Made by a program: the position numbers and the translations under genes. DNA of 64,000 nt, from the IMG/VR virus record IMGVR_UViG_3300042484_002423; one strand, given 5' to 3'. Below are positions 44,856 through 52,177 of this stretch, one piece after another. Position 1 is the first letter of the stretch. The number at the start of each line of letters is the position of its first letter. Source of the stretch: a virus. Lineage: Duplodnaviria > Heunggongvirae > Uroviricota > Caudoviricetes. The notes under the pieces were generated by a model that worked only from the letters and a program-made list of their open reading frames with translations, did not search any database and was not told the origin of the DNA.

Positions 44856-46140
44856 GCCCGCCACCATGTGTCTGGCTCCGTGGACACACACGTATCTTTC
44901 GCCGCAGACTGAGCGACGATTGTGCTGTGCTTCTAGAGAACCTGCACAGAACTTTGAACAGTACATTGACACCTCAGCAGGTACTGGTCGGTATATACCT
45001 GTTACCCTGGAACAACACTGGAATTCAGAACACATGCAGAGTGTGCGTCGCAGAATGATGGCAGGAGAAACACTGCCCGAATGTGAAGTCTGCAATGATC
45101 AACTGTTAAATACTTCAGTATATAGAACCTATTTTGATCATTTGTTTGCACACAAACTAGAGGAAATATATGCAAGTACAGATGCTGAGGGTGCCACAAG
45201 CATGACTCCTGTGTCGTGGGATTACCGCTTTAGTAACCTTTGCAACTTCAAATGTAGAACCTGTGGCGACATGCTATCCTCGGCGTGGGAGTCTGAACAA
45301 AAGACTCACAACATGGTTGATCTGGCAAATAGCAAAAACAATTGGATGGTGCCCGGTATTCGACAACAAATTAGTCAATTTCAAGACACGCAAATTGAAG
45401 CCGAATTTGCTAGTGCTGTAGAACAGCACAGAGTAGAAGAAATATACTGGGTAGGTGGCGAACCACTCATGTATGAACAGCACTGGCGTTATATGCAACG
45501 CATTGTGGAATTAGGAGATGGAAACAAGTTATATGCAAGATACAATACTAATCTTAGTAGGATTAATTATCGCAACTGCAATCTATTTAGGGATTTGCTG
45601 GTACATGTTCGTGACTGGCAAATTTGCGCCAGCATCGACGGAACAGGAACAATTGGCGAGTATATACGCACTGGCCTGGATTATCCCACCTTTTTAAACA
45701 ACTTTGAAGCTGGACTTGAAATACAGCAAAATCGTCGCCAAATGCGCTTGGACTTTACCTTGACCCTACCTGGAATGTTTGAAGTTGACAACATACAACG
45801 TCTTGCACAGCAGTACGGGGTGGAGTTGTTAAGCAAGGTGATATTCAGCTTTGATCCCGGTATTGTAATGAGCCCGCTTGTGTTGCCCAGACATTTGTTG
45901 GAGCCTTGGCTAGACGAACTAATTGATAGCTGTACAGCAGCTAGCATGCGAGAAGTACTAACACAATTAAAGACACGCCCCACATTTCAAGAACAATGGC
46001 CAGATACCTATCAGCAGGCCATTGCAAATGGTCGTGCTCGTGTGTTAAAATTGGAAAGCATACGCACACAGCCAACAACAATGGCGGAAATACTTGCAGC
46101 TAGACCTGACGTAAAGAAATGGTGGGATTCAATTGCTTGA
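44848..46140 (+). CDS. Radical SAM enzyme, paralog 5 of 5 (CNFKCRTC, GGEPLM). Track start TTG 44842.
   Basis: CX3CX2C, GGEPL and the N-terminal CLAPW...CC...CEVC motif are present. Confidence 0.7.
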   Translation: MHKPATMCLAPWTHTYLSPQTERRLCCASREPAQNFEQYIDTSAGTGRYIPVTLEQHWNSEHMQSVRRRMMAGETLPECEVCNDQLLNTSVYRTYFDHLFAHKLEEIYASTDAEGATSMTPVSWDYRFSNLCNFKCRTCGDMLSSAWESEQKTHNMVDLANSKNNWMVPGIRQQISQFQDTQIEAEFASAVEQHRVEEIYWVGGEPLMYEQHWRYMQRIVELGDGNKLYARYNTNLSRINYRNCNLFRDLLVHVRDWQICASIDGTGTIGEYIRTGLDYPTFLNNFEAGLEIQQNRRQMRLDFTLTLPGMFEVDNIQRLAQQYGVELLSKVIFSFDPGIVMSPLVLPRHLLEPWLDELIDSCTAASMREVLTQLKTRPTFQEQWPDTYQQAIANGRARVLKLESIRTQPTTMAEILAARPDVKKWWDSIA

Positions 46141-47170
46141 ACATATAGAAATAGACTTACGCGGAACAGACAACAGCGTTTTAACTGTGCATATTGATGT
46201 TGCAGATAACAGTCTCAGCCGTAAATGGCTGGCGGCATTAAATGATATCCTGCAGCGAGATCTGCATTTGGAAAAGAACTACTGTTGGCTGGGCTGGCCC
46301 GACGGTGATAGAAATCTTGAATACCTGTGTGTGCAGATAAATCGCAGCATACATGCCATCAACGCAGCTGATATTGGTTATAGAATTGCTGATTTTTATT
46401 CACCTGCAAACACTGTGCAAAGTGACTTGGATGTCGGTCATGAGCACATGAATCAGTTACACAGATACTTTGAAGACCTGCAAGGTCACGCCGGGGCAAT
46501 TAGCCCGTACTACGCCACCGCAACTGCTGAAACTCGCTGGCACATTAGACAGCTGAATCTCTTGTGCCACGAAGTTGAAAGCCTTGTGCTCAGTATGCGT
46601 AAAAAGATACAGGCGCCAGAGTGGCGTAGGCCCAGTCAGCTGATGTGTTGGCTAAATGCCCCGCGTTTTGAACTAGACGCTAAGGATTTTGAACTGTTTG
46701 GTATTGAAACCATAAATCGCAATCTGGGTGGTGTTTATGTGGGTGTAAATAAAGCAGTGGGCAAACATCACTGGGAGGTGTTCAATGATGAAGGGCGTGA
46801 TTCAAGAGTGGCAGAACTTACAACAAGTGCTCTACGTGCGCAGACTCAAGCAGCTGGTGACTTTGATATTGAGTGGGCAAACAATCCAGGTGCGTATCAC
46901 TGGCAAATCACAAAACTGGCAGAATTCCGTACCTGGCTTGAGTGCAACGGATTTGATCCAGATGACAAGACACTCACAATTGGCCATCCGCAGGTCGGGC
47001 AAGTTGATCTACAAAGGTCGTTTGGCACCACAGATTATGATCAAATATGGCAGCAGCTATCCGCTAAGTTGAATGTGTATAAAATACGCACAAGTACTGC
47101 TGAAGCTACATATGAGTATCGCTGGAGCGACTCGGACTACGCTGCACAGCAAATAAAGGAATTGAAATGA
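46133..47170 (+). CDS. Hypothetical protein (345 aa). The start is uncertain because the track uses TTG.
   Basis: Long coherent ORF coupled to rSAM5. No recognisable motifs. Confidence 0.5.
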   Translation: MLEHIEIDLRGTDNSVLTVHIDVADNSLSRKWLAALNDILQRDLHLEKNYCWLGWPDGDRNLEYLCVQINRSIHAINAADIGYRIADFYSPANTVQSDLDVGHEHMNQLHRYFEDLQGHAGAISPYYATATAETRWHIRQLNLLCHEVESLVLSMRKKIQAPEWRRPSQLMCWLNAPRFELDAKDFELFGIETINRNLGGVYVGVNKAVGKHHWEVFNDEGRDSRVAELTTSALRAQTQAAGDFDIEWANNPGAYHWQITKLAEFRTWLECNGFDPDDKTLTIGHPQVGQVDLQRSFGTTDYDQIWQQLSAKLNVYKIRTSTAEATYEYRWSDSDYAAQQIKELK

Positions 47171-47242
47171 CACTGGAGCAAGTGCAAGATCAGGACTATG
47201 AGATCAGTGCAGATTTTACCCTTAAATTTAGAAAGACATAAC

Positions 47243-47344
47243 ATGAACTGGATTCGACAACTATGGGCACGAATTACCCTGGAAATTCGTTATCGCAAGA
47301 AACTCAAAGAGCTTCGTAAAAGAGACCCATTCATTTACAAATGA
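47243..47344 (+). CDS. Possible small basic ORF (33 aa, MNWIRQLWARITLEIRYRKKLKELRKRDPFIYK) coupled (ATGA) to the carbamoyltransferase gene.
   Basis: The ATG at 47243 is in frame through to a TGA that overlaps the ATG at 47341. Below the ORF-track size cut-off. Speculative. Confidence 0.2.
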   Translation: MNWIRQLWARITLEIRYRKKLKELRKRDPFIYK

Positions 47345-48828
47345 AATACATCTTGGGAGTCAGTGCAGGATATCATGACGCTGCGGTAACACTGTTGGAT
47401 CGGCACGGCGACATTGAATTTGCATCTAGTAGTGAACGCTACAGCAAGATCAAAAATGATCCTGATATTTGTAGTGCCTTGATACATGAAATATACGGAT
47501 ATGATATTGATCATATTGCATACTACGAACGTCCCTGGGCCAAGCAGTTAAGACAGCTTTACTCGGGACAAGGTATAGAGTGGTCAAGACTCACTGTGGC
47601 ACAAAATTTGCGTGAGCAATTTGGCAACAGCTACAGCTTGTGCGGCACCAAATTGAGTTCGTTTAATCATCACTTGAGTCATGCAGCCGCTGGTTTTCAA
47701 ACCAGCAGTTTCGATCGTGCCACAGTGGTGGTAATTGATGCCATAGGCGAATGGGACACAGTGACAATATGGGCAGCACAATATGATTCAACAGGTGCTG
47801 CAACTTATCAAAAGCTTTGGACTCAGCGTTACCCGCACAGTATCGGACTCTTTTATAGTGCAGTTACTGGCCGTGTGGGTCTGCGGCCACTAGACGAAGA
47901 ATACATTCTCATGGGTATGGCAGCTTATGGCGAGCGTGGCTTCAGTGAACTCATGCGCAAAGACTTGGTTGCCGATGAGTGGAAGCTAGAATTCCAACAA
48001 AATCTACACACGGGCCTGGACCAAAAGTATTTGAGTCACATCAGCGACATGGATCTAGCAGCCGGAGCACAGGATCTAGTGGAAGATCTCATAATGAATG
48101 TGATGCATCGTGCTAGAGGTTTTGGCTGGAGCAAGAATCTTGTATACATGGGAGGGGTTGCACTGAATTGCAGTGCCAATCGTAGATTAGGTGAACTATT
48201 TGACAACATATGGATTATGCCTTGCCCTGGTGATGCTGGCTCTAGCTTGGGTGCCGCTGCCTTGGCTCATGGTGGTAGGATCAATTGGCGTGATGCTTTT
48301 CTGGGCCATGATATTGGCGGTGCTTACCCAGTACATGCCATTTTGGATGAGCTTGTGTCTCATCGTATCGTTGGTGTCGCTAGCGGCCGGGCTGAGTTTG
48401 GTCCGCGAGCGCTAGGCAATAGAAGTTTACTAGCGGACCCCAGAGGTCCAGAAATCAAGGACCGTGTAAATGAAATCAAACGCAGACAACAATTTAGACC
48501 CTTTGCGCCAGTTATATTGGAGGAATTGGCTGATACTTACTTTGATATGCCTAGGGGTTTCAGTAACAGTAGGTATATGCAGTCAGTCGCTCGTTGCAGG
48601 GTTCCTGAGCTATTTCCTGCTATTGTGCATCATGATGGTACCAGTCGTGTACAGACAGTACCTAAAGATGGATCCGGTATTCGAGAACTATTAGAGAAAT
48701 GGTACGTGATGACTGGCTGCCCTATGTTGCTTAATACATCATTAAACATACGTGGAGAGCCCATGGTCAATGATAGAGCAGATGCAGATAGATTTGAACG
48801 TGAATACGGTGTAAGAGTTTGCAGTTAA
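47341..48828 (+). CDS. Carbamoyltransferase, NodU/CmcH/TobZ family.
   Basis: The N-terminus MKYILGVSAGYHDAAVTLLDRHGDIEFASSSERYSKIKND matches the carbamoyltransferase N-terminal domain consensus (MKILGIS..HDSAAAL..DG....A..EER..R.K). Length 495 aa. Confidence 0.7.
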   Translation: MKYILGVSAGYHDAAVTLLDRHGDIEFASSSERYSKIKNDPDICSALIHEIYGYDIDHIAYYERPWAKQLRQLYSGQGIEWSRLTVAQNLREQFGNSYSLCGTKLSSFNHHLSHAAAGFQTSSFDRATVVVIDAIGEWDTVTIWAAQYDSTGAATYQKLWTQRYPHSIGLFYSAVTGRVGLRPLDEEYILMGMAAYGERGFSELMRKDLVADEWKLEFQQNLHTGLDQKYLSHISDMDLAAGAQDLVEDLIMNVMHRARGFGWSKNLVYMGGVALNCSANRRLGELFDNIWIMPCPGDAGSSLGAAALAHGGRINWRDAFLGHDIGGAYPVHAILDELVSHRIVGVASGRAEFGPRALGNRSLLADPRGPEIKDRVNEIKRRQQFRPFAPVILEELADTYFDMPRGFSNSRYMQSVARCRVPELFPAIVHHDGTSRVQTVPKDGSGIRELLEKWYVMTGCPMLLNTSLNIRGEPMVNDRADADRFEREYGVRVCS

Positions 48829-49862
48829 AGATAAGTCTCTAAACCACCGCGACGACGGATGTCTTGTGTACAGCAACTGATACCACCATCCCAGAAGTAA
48901 CTGTGACGCAGCTCAGAGATAATGGGGTTGATCCGATGCTGCCGACAGTAATCAAACACCTGCTTGTTGTAGGCGCTGAAGATTACATTCTCTTCGTCAA
49001 GCACAAGACAGTTTACATCAAACACTGTCTCGGCTACAAATCCTGTCCATTTGGTTAGATACGTGTTCACAAAGTCTGTGAACTCAGGTGTGGGAGTTTG
49101 TCCCTGTACATACCATGCTCCAGGGCTTTGTTCATACTTGAACTTGCCCACTTCCATTGCAGCCCAAATACTACTGTCCCAGATCTTGCACACATCCCAG
49201 CCCGGGAAGTCTTTGGCTAGATCCAAGTTAACATCGTGCTTGCTGCTGAGTAGCACACCAGGCTTTAGGATAGCAAACACAGCATCTCCGTGACCGTCTG
49301 TGATGGCTTCGTGTACCCGGTACTCAGGACCCAGTACATTGTCCACAATCCAACGTGTTTGATCCGGACGCAAGAAGTCTGAGTTGTCAAAGAACACATC
49401 GCGACCCACACGCACAATACAGCTGGCTGACGCACCGTTTAGAATACAGTTCTTGTCCCAGCCAGTGGGCCCATGTGGGTTGATCACAACACCACCCTGT
49501 GACTCATAGTCTTGGCATACTGAATCTAGTTCTTGCATGGCCAACACACGCAGCAGCTTGTTGCCCAGGGTGATTTGCCAGTCTCTTGGGGTTAGTGGGG
49601 GTAAAGGGGCACCTTGACCACTGATTTGTCCTTGCTGGAATTGGTGGATGTCGGGGAGATCGGGCCTACGCACGCGAGCACCATACTGTTCAATGGTACG
49701 TTGCAGGTTTGCAAGATCTTCTTCAGTTTCATGTAATATTTGTTGTAGTTGTGCACGAACCTGAGCATTCTCAATAAAGTCAAAGTACTTGGGAGCATAG
49801 GCTCTACCCACGATGACTTCTTCCAATGGCTGCCAGGATGTGTATGAATTAATAACTGTCAT
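48825..49862 (-). CDS. Amidinotransferase, glycine/inosamine amidinotransferase (AGAT/StrB1)-like. The track start at 49880 is GTG. The ATG at 49862 overlaps the upstream stop.
   Basis: The N-terminus SWQPLEEVIVGRAYAP resembles AGAT (EWDPLEEVIVGRAENA). The C-terminus GGISCCTQDIRRRGGLETYL resembles the AGAT catalytic-Cys motif GGFHCWTCDVRRRG. Confidence 0.65.
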   Translation of the reverse strand: MTVINSYTSWQPLEEVIVGRAYAPKYFDFIENAQVRAQLQQILHETEEDLANLQRTIEQYGARVRRPDLPDIHQFQQGQISGQGAPLPPLTPRDWQITLGNKLLRVLAMQELDSVCQDYESQGGVVINPHGPTGWDKNCILNGASASCIVRVGRDVFFDNSDFLRPDQTRWIVDNVLGPEYRVHEAITDGHGDAVFAILKPGVLLSSKHDVNLDLAKDFPGWDVCKIWDSSIWAAMEVGKFKYEQSPGAWYVQGQTPTPEFTDFVNTYLTKWTGFVAETVFDVNCLVLDEENVIFSAYNKQVFDYCRQHRINPIISELRHSYFWDGGISCCTQDIRRRGGLETYL

Positions 49863-51039
49863 TGATTTCTCGCACAACACTATTTAAACGTTGTGTCTTG
49901 ACCTTACAAAATAACTGCTGATTGTGCACAATGTCATCGTGTGCCTGTGCAAACAGTTCAAGCAAGCGCGGTTTGGCCGCCGCCACAGCGCCACGCAAGG
50001 CCAGCCAACGTTGAGTATTGTCAACGATAGTATCGTAACTGTTGTCCAGCACTGAATCAAATGTGCGATAGCCCAATTTGCGCAGCAGTTCAAGACTGCC
50101 AGCAGGGCCCACTATAAAGAACATTTGTCCGTGTTTGATAGGCTTGAATGTTTTTTCTGTAAGAAATGTACCACCACTTTGATCAGCATCAAAGTGTGTT
50201 TCCAGTACAATGTTGCAGTAGCTGTTGACATGGTACTTGGGTTCCAGCACACTGTGATTGTTGCGTTGATGGTTGTCAAGCTCATCACTCACATAGGGAG
50301 TGTATGCTAGAAACTTGGCAGTTTCTGTGCGCAACTTACGCACAGCATCCACTTGAATTGGGCTGTCGTTTGGATCCATGTCAGCTGGATCCACAGTTTC
50401 ACAATAGCTCCAGTAGCTGTTGGTCAAGATGTTTTGGCGATGTAGGTCAGCCATGCACATGGCCCGCCAGGGTTTGTGCAATCGCACCAGTGCAGTAAAG
50501 TCACGTTCTCGGGGCAGTTGATGCACGGGCAATGCAGGATTGTTATGATTGCGCTGCCAGTACCATAGTTCAAAATCTGTGAAATAAACAAATCCTGGAA
50601 TATCGCGGGCAGCAGTGTTTGCACTCACAAATACATAACTGTTCAAGGGCAATTGATGCTGTATCAGCAGCGCATCCAGTCGTTGTTTGATACGCAAAGG
50701 ATTGTCACCTTCGTGATAGTAAAACAACACTTTCAATGCAGACTGACGCAGTCGATCAGTCACTGGCCCGGGCAGTAGTGCAAAATAATCTATGTCAAAG
50801 TCAAAGAATCCCAGGCCAATAGGATAGAATGTCTTGGCTGGCAATTGATCTGCAATGCTGAATATATTGATCTTGACAGCATGATGATCGCAGTATTCTT
50901 GCAAACGAACTGGCACAGTATGAGGAAAGTGAGACCCAAACTCGCGCCATGCTGGGGTATAAGGCCTGGCCCCCCACTGTGCCAGTGCAGGATAGATGCG
51001 TCCTTTGACCACACGGTCAGCTACCAGATTCAATTGCAT
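49849..51039 (-). CDS. GT10-like glycosyltransferase, paralog 3 of 4.
   Basis: Motif IVLETHFDADQSGGTFLTEKTFKPIKHGQMFFIVGPAGSLELLRKLGYRTFDSVLDNSYD. ATG start. Confidence 0.45.
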   Translation of the reverse strand: MQLNLVADRVVKGRIYPALAQWGARPYTPAWREFGSHFPHTVPVRLQEYCDHHAVKINIFSIADQLPAKTFYPIGLGFFDFDIDYFALLPGPVTDRLRQSALKVLFYYHEGDNPLRIKQRLDALLIQHQLPLNSYVFVSANTAARDIPGFVYFTDFELWYWQRNHNNPALPVHQLPRERDFTALVRLHKPWRAMCMADLHRQNILTNSYWSYCETVDPADMDPNDSPIQVDAVRKLRTETAKFLAYTPYVSDELDNHQRNNHSVLEPKYHVNSYCNIVLETHFDADQSGGTFLTEKTFKPIKHGQMFFIVGPAGSLELLRKLGYRTFDSVLDNSYDTIVDNTQRWLALRGAVAAAKPRLLELFAQAHDDIVHNQQLFCKVKTQRLNSVVREINDSY

Positions 51040-52177
51040 TCAACATCTCCTGCAGCTCTTGCCACAACACAGTTTCAAATCCGCCCCCATAAAAATGATT
51101 CCAGTTGTGTTCTACCACTTCCTGGGCCATGTCGAACAGGTCCTGCTTGCCCTCTGGGCCCAGTTCATCTAGGCTACGCAGCAGGCTGGCAATGCGCTCA
51201 ATGCGATCTTGGTCATCAGCAAGGTCATAGCTCTCGTCCCAAATACCTTCAAATGTACGGAACCCATAACTGCGCAAATACTCTAAACTGCCCTGAGTTC
51301 CCACAATAATAAACGGCATGCCCATGGCAATGGGTTTGAATGTTTTTTCAGTCAAATGATGTCTGCGTCCTGTGGCCACAGTTTCAGTCACAAGATACAG
51401 CAGGCTTTCAGCACATTGATCAAACAGGCTAAGCCAGCATGAGTGCATGGGATGATCAGTCTCTCCCTCAAAGTTCATGGGCAGTGTTTGTGCTGCAAAC
51501 ACCGACTCTATGTCAGGATACTTTGTGGCCAATGGCTTGACAGCATCCAGTATGCTGATATTCTCTGCAGGACATATTGCTGGACAGCTGATGTGATTGT
51601 CCAGCATGTTGTTACGGAATATATGGTACAGCATTTCCAAACGATGTCGTCGTTCTCCTGCCACAATACGATTGGGTGCAATAAACGTTCGGGTTATGGT
51701 GCGCTGGTCTATTGGCTTGATCAAGAAAGTTCGATCATATCCGCGATACCAATCCAGTGCAGCCCAGCCATGAAAGAAATAGTACAGTGGTATCCAATCA
51801 AATTGCTTGCACACAGCTTCAACGTTCTCACTATTTTGCTCGCTTGTGACAATGTATCCTGGCGATCTTTGACGCAACGATTTAGGTATGTGTCCAATAA
51901 TCTTTGTTCTAGTCTCGTCTGCATAGTGTCCGTTGTGTATATCTTCGTTGAGCTTTTTTACACGATCAAATGTTGGAATGTGTATGTTCAAATGAATTGG
52001 CTCTTGGTCAAAAAAGAATATATAATTGTGTTCACGGGCATCATCTCTGCCGTAATTCATGACACTATCTGGATCACTTCTACCAAAAGGTTCGCAAAAA
52101 AATTCTCTAAATCCGGGGCGATGCTGCTTCATCCAATGCCAAAATGTATTACTATAAATTTCGTCGATTCTAATCAT
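51017..52177 (-). CDS. GT10-like glycosyltransferase, paralog 4 of 4.
   Basis: Motif YLVTETVATGRRHHLTEKTFKPIAMGMPFIIVGTQGSLEYLRSYGFRTFEGIWDESYD. Its ATG at 52177-52175 overlaps the divergent ATG at 52176. Confidence 0.45.
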   Translation of the reverse strand: MIRIDEIYSNTFWHWMKQHRPGFREFFCEPFGRSDPDSVMNYGRDDAREHNYIFFFDQEPIHLNIHIPTFDRVKKLNEDIHNGHYADETRTKIIGHIPKSLRQRSPGYIVTSEQNSENVEAVCKQFDWIPLYYFFHGWAALDWYRGYDRTFLIKPIDQRTITRTFIAPNRIVAGERRHRLEMLYHIFRNNMLDNHISCPAICPAENISILDAVKPLATKYPDIESVFAAQTLPMNFEGETDHPMHSCWLSLFDQCAESLLYLVTETVATGRRHHLTEKTFKPIAMGMPFIIVGTQGSLEYLRSYGFRTFEGIWDESYDLADDQDRIERIASLLRSLDELGPEGKQDLFDMAQEVVEHNWNHFYGGGFETVLWQELQEMLNAIESGS

